Positions 45,486 to 60,289 of a stretch of 64,000 nt of DNA are shown one piece after another. Made by a program: the position numbers and the translations under genes. Every line of letters starts with the position of its first letter. Position 1 is the stretch's first letter. Below the pieces are notes generated by a model. That model did no database searches, was not told the origin of the DNA, and was given only the letters and a program-made list of their open reading frames with translations. The DNA is from Octopus sinensis (Eukaryota): positions 60,760,001-60,824,000 of the forward strand of contig NC_043003.1 of the NCBI RefSeq assembly GCF_006345805.1, read 5' to 3'.

Positions 45486-46896
45486 TCAAATCAAAAGACT
45501 TGAAAATTTTGTTATATTCTTAATTCCAATCGCTATGTATGTCACATTTATATCGATACATTGGATTATTGTGAACATGCAGATATGCGTCACGAGATCA
45601 CAGCTTGGATTATAATCCCCTATACTCACTATAAATAGTCATTTGTATTTGTGATATGTCATAAATTCATTGGTTACCCCGATTACCTGTTTATTCCTTT
45701 GTTCTGATATACCTATACTAGCTCGGCCGGTATATTTCTTTTATCACATCTCTGCCCTTAATGCTGGAGGTGAAGCACAAATTCGAGCTGATCACTCATT
45801 CTATGCATCTATTATTCGATACCGTTTGGGATCTTATTACCCAAAACATGTATGAAGCGAATCGCTTCGTGGATTCTTAGCCAGAATTTGAAACCCAGTC
45901 TAGATGTTTCTATGAGTCCCTTCATATATTTAATCAGCATTTGCACTAAAAAAAATTATTGAATATAAACTGTCAATTTCAGATACGTCCTATGGCTTTC
46001 TCAAAACCCTTTCGTTAAATACAGTTAAGACCACATAACAGACGATACTGCCTTCATGTAGCCTGACTTGAATTATGTAGGGAAATGTTATAAATACAGA
46101 ACCATGTGTGTGTGTCTAAATTAATACACACATACTTCAGTAGTCTTTATGGGATGAATTTTATCCGGAAGCAATGATTTTACAGTGAAACGGTTAAAGA
46201 AAAAGAAGCAATGTGTGTTGAACGCGAAAGGATAAAGGATAGTCGATTATGGTAATCTTTGCACAATATATGACATATTCACACCTACTGTCACTACTAT
46301 TACTATTTCTACTACACTGTTTAGCAATCAAGCTCTCTATACCAACCCATACACTAGCTAACAGCTAACATGCTGTCACCGACTTTAACAATAATAATGA
46401 CGATAAACTTTATTCCATTAGAATACAGTTTATTGTCAGGGCGAAGTGTATAAACATTTGAAGGATATTCTCAATGAAGTCTTTCAAAATATTATTTTAT
46501 TGTTTAAATGCGTTGTTGAGAAGAGACAGCATTTGACAAGCGTAACTAAATGGAATAAACCAAATGACCTGACTGTAACGATGCTTAACGTAACTGGTAG
46601 AGAATATTTGCAGCAACTTCTCACGTTGAAGATGCAGAGGAAGTACAAACAGGTAAAACAATAAAAAAAAGTGCCATCGCAGGCTTTGAAAATATAAAAA
46701 AAATCTTCGTCGATCTACTGAAAAAAATTCAGTCATGTTGCGTTGCACTTAATCTGACAAACAGATTCAATTTCCTAGAAAGTGTGAAGACATAACAGGA
46801 AAAATGGTTTTGGAGATGGTAAAAATAGAACATGAAATACTGAGCAATTACCGTCAAAGAGAGCCATAAAAAAAAAAAAAAAAAACAAACAAACAT

Positions 46897-47252
46897 ACAG
46901 GAGTGGCTATGTGGTAAGTAGTGGTTCAGTCCCACTGCGTGGCACTTTGGGCATGTGTCTTCTGCTATAGCCTCGGGCCGACCAAAACCTTGCGAGTGGA
47001 TTTGGTAGACGGAAACTGAAAGAAGCCCGTCGTATATATCTATATGTGTGCGTGTGTCTGTGTTTGCCCCTTCAACATCGCTTGACAACCGATGGTGGTG
47101 TGTTTACATCCCCGTAACTTAGTGGTTCAGCAAAAGAGACCGATAGAATAAGTACTAGGCTTCCAAAGAATAAAACCTGGGGTTGATTTGCTAGACGTAA
47201 ACGAGGTGCTCCAACATGGCTGCAGTCAAATGACTGAAACAAGTAAAAGAGT
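46897..47252 (+). mobile_element. SINE family A
   Basis: Family consensus with a small head deletion. Confidence 0.88.
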
Positions 47253-47319
47253 ATACACACACACACTGGCACCATAAAAGTGTAACTAGGACTAAAATGG
47301 TTAAAAGAGAAAGGAATTC

Positions 47320-47850
47320 AATGGAAACCAATCTGCAGTCTTCAGAACATAAGGGGTCAATAAATATCACAGTGTATCTCTCCTAAGAAGATGCAGAATC
47401 ATACTGGAGAAAAATGTGGGGCTAAGTAAGGGAATTAAATTACAGAGCATGTTGGCTGCAAGAAATTCGAAACAAATTTTGTCTCTGTATCAAACCAAAA
47501 ATATACAGCATTAATGGTGAGAAACAGAAAAGCATCTAAGGATGTTTATTTCGGATATACTACTAAGCTTTTAATGGAGGCACAAATGTGACACACTAAC
47601 GGAAACAAAACTGATATTCTAAAACTATGGCAAAAAGGTACCTGCCAACTGCATGCCTCAATCTCATGTATAAAATGTGTGCAGACTGTCTGAATGCATG
47701 CAGCCTGTTTGGATCTGTTCTTTCAAGATATCTGTGATAGTAATAACATAAAATACCACGACAGCTTGAACATGCAGTAAGGAAAAAAGAAGTTTGGGTG
47801 TGTGGTGAACAATTCTTGATTGGTAAAACTTTGGATAACAAAGATATTTG
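47320..47850 (+). mobile_element. R4/Dong-like RT remnant, highly decayed
   Basis: EDAESYWRKMWG...WLQEI and Y.PTACLNLMYK...KKEVWVCGEQFLI resemble the N-terminal RT motifs of RLE-type elements. Confidence 0.55.
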
Positions 47851-48104
47851 ACTCTTCAGAAAATATTATCAAGGCCACAGAAAAACTAATAGAACCGTTA
47901 AAGCATCGAACAAAATATCTTGTATTTAGTTACGGCCCTGATTTGTTGTATTTAGTTACTATATTTGATGTTATGAATTCAAATCCTATCTGAGGTGATT
48001 TTATTTCTCATACTTCCGGGGTGGGAAAAGAGGTCAATAAAATAAATAAAATACGGTCAAGCACTGGAATCGATTCCACTACAAAGTCCAATCCTTGTTG
48101 CAGT

Positions 48105-48430
48105 GTGGTAACTTGTGTGTTCACTGATCCTGAGAGCTATACCAGCAGAGTGCAAAGTCCTGGCAGGGCCTTCCCTGCTGAACAGATCAAAAGATAAAGT
48201 CCACATAAACTATCTTTTCCCAGAGGTAAAAATGGGTTTGCGTAGGGCAAAAATTCCTACCCAGGAAAATGAAGGTAAAGTTACAGAAGCATCGATGATA
48301 ATTCAAAACCAAAAAGCCTTCCATTGGAAAGTAGGGATTCAACTGGAGAGAAGCAGAACACACAACCCAGAATCGAAGACAGTGACGCAAAATCGTCGAT
48401 ATCCTTTGCGCCATAATGAGTGAAGGATTT
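48105..48430 (+). mobile_element. RTE-related non-autonomous element remnant
   Basis: CCTGAGAGCTATACCAGC...TCCTGGCAGGGCC 5' block and a TGCGCCATAATGAGTGAAGGATT tail resemble RTE termini (from recall). Confidence 0.35.
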
Positions 48431-48505
48431 ACAAAATTGAGTACTGGAATCGTTATATTCAGTTATACAGCACTATACATAACACACAATTTGGAGCCTT
48501 GTGCC

Positions 48506-49080
48506 TAGGGCTATATTTAGACCCCTAGAGGCCCTAAGCACTTAAAAGGTTTTGGTGCCCTCAAGTATATGTAAATAGTTCAAAATGTAAACGATAATAA
48601 ACCATGAAATAAATTTTTATTTTTCAGTAGGAAATCAAATTCAAAAAGGTACAGCGTTGTCACACACTTTGTCACATTGAATCTACTTGAGAATTGCACT
48701 AAGGGTACACGTATCCGTGGAATGCTCAGCATGTTAATTCAGGAGCAACATTTTACGTCTAACAAAAAACTGAATCCTCGTCGTAAGATAGAAAATAATG
48801 TTTATTTTTGTATGCTTCCACTTTATTTATATTTAAAAAGTTTTCACTTTCGTTTTTATAATTTAATTCCAAAGTCTTCGATGACAATGTTAAAATTAAT
48901 TTTACATAAAACTTCTGCATTAGAGATAAAACTTAGTGGAGATAAGGCATTACGAATATTATCTTAGCAAGTTGAAAGTGATTTTTTTCGTGCCGTAAAC
49001 CATTTTCATTTCTATTGTGCCCCTCCCTCTTGATGCCATAAGCACGTGCTTATTTTGCTAATTGGCTTAATCCAGCGCTG
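48506..49080 (-). mobile_element. hAT-like MITE (same family as 36398-36819) with nested SINE-C fragment
   Basis: 8-bp flanks CTTGTGCC / CTAGTGCC; shared TAAGCACGTGCTTA palindrome. Confidence 0.65.
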
Positions 49081-49771
49081 CTAGTGCCTGTTTCAAAAAA
49101 CCAATGAGGATTCTTGCATTTCCTCTTCATATTTTAAAAATCTGTTTTCTTTAACTTTGTGGTTTAGAGAGAAAGGGAGAGAGAATAGTCGATGGTTAGG
49201 ATGTTCGCTTCGTAACCACGAAGCCCAACATTCGGTCCAACCGATGATAACTTGAGCAAATGACGTTTTTTTACAGCCTCGTTTCGCCCCTTGGTTTTGA
49301 GTGAAATTAGATGGACGGAAGCCTTATAAAATCTCATCTAGTGTATTTACCTGTAATTCAAAAAGGTACAGCGTTGTCACACACTTTGTCACATTGAGTC
49401 TACATGAGAATTGCACTAAGAGTACATGTGTCCGTGGAATGCTCAGCCAGATGCATGTTAATTCAGGAGCAACTTCTTACGTCTAACAAAAAACTGAATC
49501 CTCGTCGTCGAACGACGGAGATCCACCACTATAGTCAGAACAGGAATGGCAATCAATACTCATTGCCTTTCTTCGGGAGATCGAAAGGAGGTTATCTGTA
49601 GATTGAAGACCATGTAGTCTGTATACATATAAAAGAGTGACCAGCGCTGACGACACTCTCCGGGTCAGGGGTCAGATGTTGGTATTAAAACTGGCCACGG
49701 TCTGAGTTTACCACACATTGGTGTTGCGAAAGATACAATTAAGAAGAAAAAACAAACGGAGAAGTAAAATG

Positions 49772-49802
<31 letters not shown>

Positions 49803-50035
49803 GAGGAGGAGGAGGAGGAGTAGTAGTAGTAGTAGGAGGAGGTGGAGGAGGAGGAGGAATGAGAAATAGAAGAAAAATGAACAAAAAATATGAAGAAAAA
49901 GAATAAAAAGATGAAAGTATAGGGAAAAAACGTCACATTAAATCAAGGACAGGATTAACAGTTTTTCAAACTTCAAGCATACTCAGACATACTTGCATAC
50001 CGATATATATAAATATAAATAAATATATAAATATA

Positions 50036-50600
50036 GTGACGTACATTTGCCATTTAAATATGGCTAATCCCTAAGGGTAGATGCTACTGTAGTTTGTAGC
50101 CCCAGGAGGACACCTCCTCCAGCTGGCCATAGACACAATTTCTGTGCCCTATCAGTGTTTGCAAAGGGAAGCCATCCTTCCCGTCTTCAACTTATGATAC
50201 ACACGGACTCGAGTTTCTGGGTATTGACCCATCATCGGCGTGTGACAATCACAGTTGTCGATGAGAAGCAGATTCCCTTCACAAACACTTATACTTTTTC
50301 TAGTATCGATAGACACTGATATCGAAAAAGTGCAAACAAGCCATAATAAATCTCAGAGCGAGTTATAAACAGTAGCTACAACACATTTAAATATGGCTAA
50401 CCCCTAAGGGTGGATGCTACACTGCAAACACTGATAGGGCACAGAAATTGTGTCTATGGCCAGCTGGAGGAGGTGTCCTCCTGGGGCTACAAACTACAGT
50501 AGCGTCCACCCTTAGGGGCTAGCCATATTTAAATGGCAAATGTACGTCACAATGTGTTGTAGCTACTGTTTATAACTCGCTCTGAGATTTATTATTGCTT
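50036..50600 (-). mobile_element. Non-coding hammerhead-bearing retroelement (retrozyme-like / Penelope pseudo-LTR-like) with inverted partial copy
   Basis: TSD ATATAAATATA at 50025-50035 and 50601-50611. Internal direct repeat (50051 vs 50384). Segment 50423-50600 is the reverse complement of parts of the left portion. Confidence 0.7.
50200..50244 (-). ncRNA. Minimal type I hammerhead ribozyme motif
   Basis: Minus strand reads CACACG-CCGAUGA-UGGGU(CAAU)ACCCA-GAAA-CUCGAG-UC/CGUGUG. This gives a 6-bp stem I, a core with U4C, a 5-bp stem II, a palindromic stem III (ACUCGAGU) and a GUC cleavage triplet. Confidence 0.8.
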
Positions 50601-50612
50601 ATATAAATATAA

Positions 50613-50691
<79 letters not shown>

Positions 50692-50711
50692 GGTGGCTTA
50701 TTAGCTGGTTT

Positions 50712-50827
50712 TGCTAAACATAAGAGTTAAATTAACTCTTAAGTACGCTGCGGAGTTACTTTGCTTCGTCAGTCATTAATTTAGTGCTTTAGTGGCTTTA
50801 GAGTTAATTTAACTCTTATTTTTAGCA
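50712..50827. repeat. Inverted repeat, ~28-bp arms, within an insertion in (TA)n
   Basis: TGCTAAACATAAGAGTTAAATTAACTCT / AGAGTTAATTTAACTCTTATTTTTAGCA. Confidence 0.8.
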
Positions 50828-51002
50828 CAAGCGGTGCTGGCCAGCAGCCTCCGTCCCTTTTAAAACCTCTCTCTCTCTTTCTATATATATATAATAAAAG
50901 AGTAACTCTACATTAAGGAGTGGAAGGTACAATTTCCTGAAATTCATACCGTCTACCATCTCATAATGTCAAGAATTCTGAAATAATATTTCCGGAAAAA
51001 AC

Positions 51003-51187
51003 AGGTGCAGGCATAGTTGTGTTGTTAAGGAGCACGCTTTGCAACACTGTAGTTTCGGGTTCAGTTTCACTGCGTGGCACCTTGGACAGTGACTTTTACT
51101 ATAGCTCTGTTTCGACCTTTGTTTTGTGAGTTGGTGGAAACTGTTTGGAAGCTCGTCATTTATATATATATATTATATATATATATT

Positions 51188-51231
<44 letters not shown>

Positions 51232-51502
51232 TATATATATATACATATATATATATACATATATATATACATACATATATGTATGTGTGTATGTATGTAT
51301 ATGGTGACCTGGGTGTCCTCAAACCACCCCTTGACAACCGCTGTTGGTTTGTTTACTTTCCTATAATGTAACAATTGGGCGAAAGAGACCAAAATAATAA
51401 GTACTGGACTTAAAATGTAACTTCTGGGGTCGATCTGTTCGACTAAACCCTTCAAAAGGTGTCCCACCATGGCTGCAAATGAATGACGAAAACAAATAAA
51501 AG
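51003..51502 (+). mobile_element. SINE family A (older)
   Basis: Diverged family consensus. Confidence 0.75.
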
Positions 51503-52221
51503 ATGACATGGGAGATATGGTTTTCGTCTCCGGAAGTATGAATTTTTTTTTTTTCATCTTTTAGCTGCGAGGAAAAGCAGCTCTCATGTCCTTCCATAGA
51601 GCTTCTGAAAGCCCTTACTTAAATTGCTTTTTACAGAATACATTCCGTTAAAGGCACTCAGGGTACCAGATAACGATGTCAAACCTGATAACGGATGAGG
51701 TTTTCTCAATCGCCCGAAGTTGGCCACAACGGGATTTGAACTCAGTTAGCAAAGCATCTGGCCCAATGTTCTTGAACCAGAGTTAGCGGAATTGTTACCG
51801 CGCCGGATACAACGTGTAGCAGTATTTTTTTCTAGCTTAACGTTCTGAGTTCAAATGCCGACGAAGTTGACTTTGTCTTTCATCTTTTCGGAGTCAAGAA
51901 AATAAATAAGCGTTGGACTCGATGTAAACGACTGTCCCCTTCCCTCAACATTTCAGGCTTTGCGCCCTTAGTAGAAAGAATTAAGGTGGTGAACTAGCAA
52001 AATTGTTGACGCGCAGGACAAAATTCTTAGCGGTATTTTTTTCCGCTTTATGTTCTGAGTTCAAATGCTGCCGAGGTCGATTTTGTCTTTTATCCCATCA
52101 AGGTCGTTAAAATTAGTATTATTCAAGCGTTGGGGTCCATGTAATCGACTAGATCTTACTCCACCCAAATTTCAGGCCGTATGTCTATAGCAGAAAAAAA
52201 ATGTACTTTGTCTGGTACATG

Positions 52222-52621
52222 TAGCTGTGTGGTAAGTAGCTTGCTTACGAACAACATGGTTCCGGGTTCAGTCCCACTGCGTGGCACCTTGGGCAAGTGT
52301 CTTCTACTATAGCCTCGGCTCCGACCAAAGCCTTGTGAGTAGATTTGGTAGACGGAAACTGAAAGAAGCCCGTCGTATATATGTATATATATATATGTGT
52401 GTGTGTGTGTGTTTGTGTCTGTGTTTGTCACCCCAACATCGCTTGAAAACCGATGCTGGTGTGCTTACGTCCTCGTTACCTAGCGGTTCGGCAAAAGAGA
52501 CCGATAGAATAAGTACTAGGCTTACAAAGAATAAGTCCTGGGATCAATTTGCTCGACTAAAGGCGGTGCTCCAGCATGGCCACAGTCAAATGACTGAAAC
52601 AAGTAAAAGAGTAAAAGAGTA
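52222..52621 (+). mobile_element. SINE family A
   Basis: Family consensus; a further head-only copy lies at 52914-53008. Confidence 0.9.
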
Positions 52622-53231
52622 AGACCCGAAACTATGAAAGGGAAAGCTGAACTGACATCGATTTGAACTCAAAACCTTGAATGTCAGAAAAAATATCGTG
52701 TTGCATTCTACCAGATGCTCTGAGAACTCCTCCAATTTCGTTACGTTCTTTATAAAAATACTGCCCCAGACTGGTCGCAGTTCCTCGTACAACGACACTG
52801 AATCAGATTGTTGCGCAGTACTTATTGTTACATTAATATATTGTTTCCGTTTTTGTATTCATAACTAAATCACATCTCAACCGATTCTGACTGTTGTTTG
52901 TATAATAAAATATAGGCGCAGGAGTGGATGTGTGGTAAGTAGCTTGTTTATCAACCACATGGTTCCGGCTTCAGTCCCACTGTGTGGCACCTTCGGCAAG
53001 TGTCTTCTAGTCTAAATGTCATCATCATGAACGTATCATGGGCAAATAACCTTGGCGGCGCCCATTCTTCTCCAACCTGTTATCTACAACGGTAAGTCTT
53101 TAGCTGAGACACATCTTGACCCCGAACACTAGGCTATTGACTTGAGCAGGTTCTTCCACCCTCGCCGGTGACATCTTGGGAAGATTTCCCAGAGTCTTTC
53201 ACATACAAGTGCATTGTTAAGACCACCCGTC

Positions 53232-54693
<1,462 letters not shown>

Positions 54694-55057
54694 TGCCTGT
54701 TCATCAACCAACACGTACGAATTATACCAAGTTATTGTTGTGGTTACACTAAGTAACTCGCCCTTGCCTTTCTTGAGGGCGTTCGGTTACAATCTCGCCT
54801 TTTCCCCACCGCGTTTAATCAGCAGAGGCACGACAGGACGAAGAAAAACGGTAAGAGACACGCGTAATTTCTCTAATCTAAATTTATCTCCTCTTTCTCT
54901 CTCCTTCTTTCTTATTAACTCTGTTTCTCTCTGTCGCTACCGATCCCACTCACTGTCTCAGCCCATTCTCTCTCTTCGTCTCTCTCTCTTAGTCTCTCTT
55001 CTGCCCCGCTCGCACGCTTTCTAGCGCTTTTTTTTTTTCATTCTTCTTTTCACTTAC

Positions 55058-55157
55058 GCCATTCTCATTTGCTCCAAGCCTCTCAGTTCTTTCTTTGTAT
55101 CTTTCTTTCCCTTTTCTCTTTCCTTCATTTCTTTCTTTATTTATTAGCCAATGATGT
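55058..55157 (-). other. Candidate upstream non-coding exon next to a CpG-richer unique region
   Basis: tatttatttacag acceptor and gtaagtg donor. Linkage to the dehydratase gene is unproven. Confidence 0.2.
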
Positions 55158-56454
55158 CTGTAAATAAATATATTTATTTTCTCTTTCTGTTTTTTATTTA
55201 TATATTAACAATTTATTTATTTATTTATTGCTACTGACAAAAGTTTCGTGTTGTTCGCGGGAGCAGATAGATACACTTCTACTACCAAATAATTTATATA
55301 TTAACATTACCAATTCGTACGCGGATTCGAAATCTTAAAAAACAATCTCTCAGATCAACGCTTCGAGAAAGCGTTCTGCTACTCACTACAGTTCTTCGCA
55401 AGATATTCTTTGCGATCTGTTACAGAATTGTTGGATCAGTATTGTTTATAGATATATATATATATATATATATATCTAGATATAAAAGCAGATAGATAAA
55501 CCATCTATACACACATATATATGTATACATATATGTATATATATTTATAATCATAAAAAAACTTATCACACAGAGAAAATTCAGGTAAACTATATTACCT
55601 TTATATTTATATTTTTGTTGTAATTTACTGCGTTTTTTTACGTTTGTGTGTGTGTGTGTGTGTGCGTGTGTGTGTATTTCTGTGTGCTTGCGCGCGAGCG
55701 CTTTTATACATGCACCAATGTATATTAGCCTTCTACAAATGTTGATCGATACGACTTTATATGATAAATAATAAACTAACAACAATTTATCGATTTAATT
55801 CGGAATGTATTTGATCAGATCAAAGAAGCTCTGGTTACTAAATATGCTAGAAATAGCAACCAAAACAAACAAACATAAAGAACGGAATTGCATGTATGTA
55901 TGTATGTATTTATATTAGCTTTCTACTTATGTTATTGATCGATACGAGCTTATGTAGTAAATAATAAATTAACCGTAATTTATCGATTTAATTCGAAATA
56001 TTTGATCTGGTCGGAAAGGCTTTTAACGAGCTCTGTTTACTTGACATGCTAGAAATAACAGCCAAATGCATAGAAATGAACGGAAAGAAAGAAAGGAAAC
56101 AATGTTTCTTTTAGTTCACAACCTATTGCCTTAACAAAATAAAAAGTTGGCGGGGTGAGGTGGGGAGGAAATGGAGATGAAAGGTGATTATAGTAATAGA
56201 GAGATGATAACTGGAAAAGATATTGTCAAAATAACAACATATGGATACGGCTGAGGGGGGGGGGCAGTCGTCGATGAGGAGCACTCAGTCAGGGGTGATA
56301 TGGGAAGCGAAGGGGAGTGAAACAGCAGCAAACAATTATAACAACATGAACATATAATCATCGTCGCCGTCATCATCATCATCATCATCATCATCATTAC
56401 CATTGTCGTCGTTATCTTAATCATTATCATCGTCATCACCAACATCATCATTTT

Positions 56455-56488
<34 letters not shown>

Positions 56489-57589
56489 TCTTTAGAATGC
56501 AAAGTTTTGCTTGCAACCACTGTGTATGTGTGCGTGTGTGTGTGTGTGTGTGTGGTAGGGTGCTGGGAAGGTTCTGTTGTTGTTGCTGTTGTAGTTATTT
56601 AACACCAGGACAACCTTACCCTGATCAAGTATACCTCTGATCAAGGCCTCTCCAACTCTGGGCACACATTGTCTGTTATTGTCATAATTTTTTTTTATCG
56701 TTTACTACATTATTCAATGTACGTGCTTGTTTTTAAGACAGTAAGGTGTGACATTTGAGGCAAATTCAGCTACTATTTCCAGCGCCTTGTCGCTTTTTAT
56801 CAGTTCATTAGAGAGGCTTGTTATGTAGACTATGTATAATACATCGTTATTCTATTTTGGTATTCTATTAAGTGCATTGTAAATATATAATACCAGGAAT
56901 CCTGTTTAAGCACCACGCCCAGTCACTGCACGGTGTAGCCGTGATAAGGAGTGCGTAGAGCTTCTATGTGGTCGTTTAGCATGCTAGAAATAGCAACCAA
57001 ATCTACTTTAGAGAAACTTCTTTTTACAGAGTGGAGCAAAAGTAGGTTTACAAACTGAAAACCTATCTTACAAGCTGAAAAGGGAGCTTGACAAAATTAA
57101 CTAAATTAGCATAGAATAATGGTTTCATATTTTGTTTTATAATTTAGATCTAAACTGTTAATATATGGATGCCAAAGAGATAGTCGAATAACTGCAAACC
57201 TACTTTTAGGCCATCACGTATAGTTCTAGACAGCGGGATGTGGCCATGCTGTAGTATCGTAATCAATGCTTTCATTCCGTTGACGGTGTTAATATTACTG
57301 TCTCTCTCTCCACCCCTCTCTCTCCTTCCCCTCTCTCCACCCTTCTCTCTCCCTCCCTCTCTCCACCCTCTCTCCACCCTCTCTCCACCCTTTCTCTCCA
57401 CACTCCTCTCTATCTCTTCCCCTCTCCTTCCCCCCTCTCTCTCTCATTTCTCTTTGCTGGCTCCAATATTTGTTTATCTACTATCTTCTTTCATTGTAGA
57501 ATTCTCCAATTATTCTCTGAATGTGTTGACAAATGCTACATTCGATAACAAACCACTTCACGGTACCCCTAAAAGGACGTCTTTTCATA

Positions 57590-57980
57590 ATCTTTTTTCT
57601 TTTAATTGCCTCAATCATTAAACTGCGGCCATGCTGGGGCACTTCCTTTCAGGGTTTAGTTGAATAAATTGACCCCAGTACCCACTTTTATGATTGGTAT
57701 TTATTCTTTCGTTCTCTTTTGCCGAAACTCTAAGTTACGGAGATGTAAACAAGACAACACCGGTTGTTAAGCGGTAGACGGACAGGCACAATCCTAAAGT
57801 CACACACACGTATATGACGGGTTTTCACACAGTTTCCGTCTTCTAAACCCATTCACAATGTTTTTGTCGAACCGGGGTTTTATGGAGAACACTTGCTCAA
57901 AGTGTGACGCTGTGGGTTTGAACTTGAAACTATGTAGTTGAGAACCAAGCTTATTACCCCGCGGCTATGCCAGCGCCCAT
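57590..57980 (-). mobile_element. SINE family A (older); partial copy also at 58277-58425
   Basis: Diverged family consensus. Confidence 0.75.
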
Positions 57981-58710
57981 ATTTTATTTATTTATTTTTC
58001 TTATTAGTCTGGGAAGAAAGGGTCCTATTCATGACCCTTTATTATTTTCAGGGCCCTCCGAGACTGGCGCAAGAGAAAGAGGAAGTTGTCCCGCAAACCA
58101 GAAACATGATCAGATCCGAATGCTTACAACGGAGTGGATTCTGCTAAAGGCGCCCAATGAGCAAGTGGTTGTGTTAAACCCGGCGATAGATGAAATCTAT
58201 GTAAGCCTGTAATTCATCAAGCAGTGTATGGCTGAAACTTCTTGTAATGCTTGTTGACAACGGATAGACTGCCACTCAGTTTCCCCGCTGCCAAACTCGC
58301 TTACAAAGCGTTAGTTGTCCCAGGGCTATAGCAGAAGACATTTGCCCAAGATGCCACGCAGTGAGACTGAACTCGGAATCTCATTGTTGCAAAGTTAGCT
58401 TTTTAACCACCATCCATCCCTACCCCTATTGTTGTTGTTTAAATCCATGGTCAGTTCTGATTTAGCTGACGTATAATCAAACGAACCTAAGGAACGATGG
58501 AATTCCATGTGTCTATTTTGATTTTGTTAGGTTCAAATATCGCTGAATATCGTCTTTCCGGATGGATAAAACGGGTACTATCAAGGTCCAGTATTGTGGG
58601 CATCGCAGTCTTAAGGTTTGGATACACGGGCAGTTGCCTGGTCAAGGGGCCCCAGTTCTGATCTTTGCATGCTGTCGTTTGCTGTCAATAAATACTGTAG
58701 GTTTCTATGC

Positions 58711-59012
58711 GTGGAGGCACATGGCCTAGTGGTTAAAGTAGCGGACTCGCGGTCGAGGGATCGCGGGTTCGAATCTCAGACCGAGTGGTGTGTGTGTTTA
58801 TGAACGAAACACCTAAGCTCCACGCGGCTCCGGCAGAAGGCAATGACGAACCTCTGCTGACTCTTTCGCCACAACTTTTTTTCACTTCTTCCTTCTGCAT
58901 CAAGCAGCTCATCTGCGACGGACCGTCCAGGTGGGGAACCTATACGCCAATGAAACCGGGAAACCGGCCCTTATAAGCCAGGCATGGCTCGTGAAGGAAT
59001 AAACAGCAACAA
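58711..59012 (+). mobile_element. SINE family D
   Basis: A-box TGGCCTAGTGG, B-box GGTTCGAATCT; similar to 42765-43055. Confidence 0.85.
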
Positions 59013-59334
59013 CATAGGGCCCAAGGCACTGATTTGTCCAAAAGCCCTATAATATTGCTAACACGGTCCTAATTATCGGTAATATGCTTGACTAACCCAC
59101 AACCCAATTAATTCTGAGATCTTGTGCCTGCATTAGCTGTAATTTATAAATCCTGCTTTCGCGCCGTTCGTGTATTTGCGAGATACACTCTATACAACCT
59201 TAAATATGAGACGAAATGAAAGATATAGCGCAATCGAAATATTTATCTTAACCCATTAACTGCTAATTTTTTTTATTCATATTGTTTAGCTTTGCCAGGT
59301 GTCTTAGGAGTTAAAATAATATATAATATTTAAA

Positions 59335-59750
59335 TAGGAGTGGCTGTGTGGTAAGTAGCTTGCTAACCAACCACATGGTTCCGGGTTCAGTCCCACTGCG
59401 TGGAATCTTGAGCAAGTGTCTTCTGCTATAGCCCCGGGCCGACCAATGCTTTGTGAGTAGATTTGGTAGACGGAAACTGAAAGAAGCCTGTCGTATATAT
59501 GTATATATATATATATATGTCTGTGTGTGTTTGTGTGTCTGTGTTTGTACCCCTAGCATTGCTTGACAACCGATGCTGATGTGTTTACGTCCCCGTCACT
59601 TAGCGGTTCGGCAAAAGAGACCGATAGAATAAGTACTGGGCTTACAAAGAATAAGTCCCGGGGTCGATTTGCTCGACTAAAAAGCGGTGCTCCAGCATGG
59701 CCGCAGTCAAATGACTGAAACAAGTAAAAGAGTAAAAGAGTAAAAGAGTA
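59335..59750 (+). mobile_element. SINE family A, full length
   Basis: Full family consensus with (GTAAAAGA)3 tail. Confidence 0.9.
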
Positions 59751-60289
59751 TGTGTGAATTATTTTGGAAATTATGATAAATTTTTCAAAAATCCTAAATG
59801 GAGACTGCAATGATGTACATTTTAGTTTTTTTTTTTTTTTTTTGAAAGTATAGTATCAAATGCGAATGTGTATAAAATATCAATGAATGATATAGATGGG
59901 AAAAAAAAAAAAAATTCCTTCAAACCAGTCAATATTTTTGTAGCTCAAAGATGGCGTTTTATGACATAAAATGTCCTCTAGAATTAACCAGAGCTAATAA
60001 TGACAAACTTTAATACTAAATATTGTTGAACACACCTCTGTAAATTCAGTGTATATAAAAAAATTCACTTTAAATACAACGAACAACCGGCAGTGAGACT
60101 GTTTTGCAGATCCCCAAATGGGGCTCATGACAAGCTCCGGATTTTAACAGTCAACACTATTAACTATGGAACGATATCGAGGATAGTCTGATGTTAAGAT
60201 CTAAACATATTTATCAATGAAGTGATATCGAAGACATAAGCGACACATTTCACTCAATAAAACCAGTTCCGGTTTTACATTTTAAACAT

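Noticed and set aside
58711-58790. tRNA gene candidates at SINE heads (also 33590-33664 and 11782-11855)
   Set aside because: A and B boxes are present but the cloverleaf is degenerate and continuous with SINE bodies.
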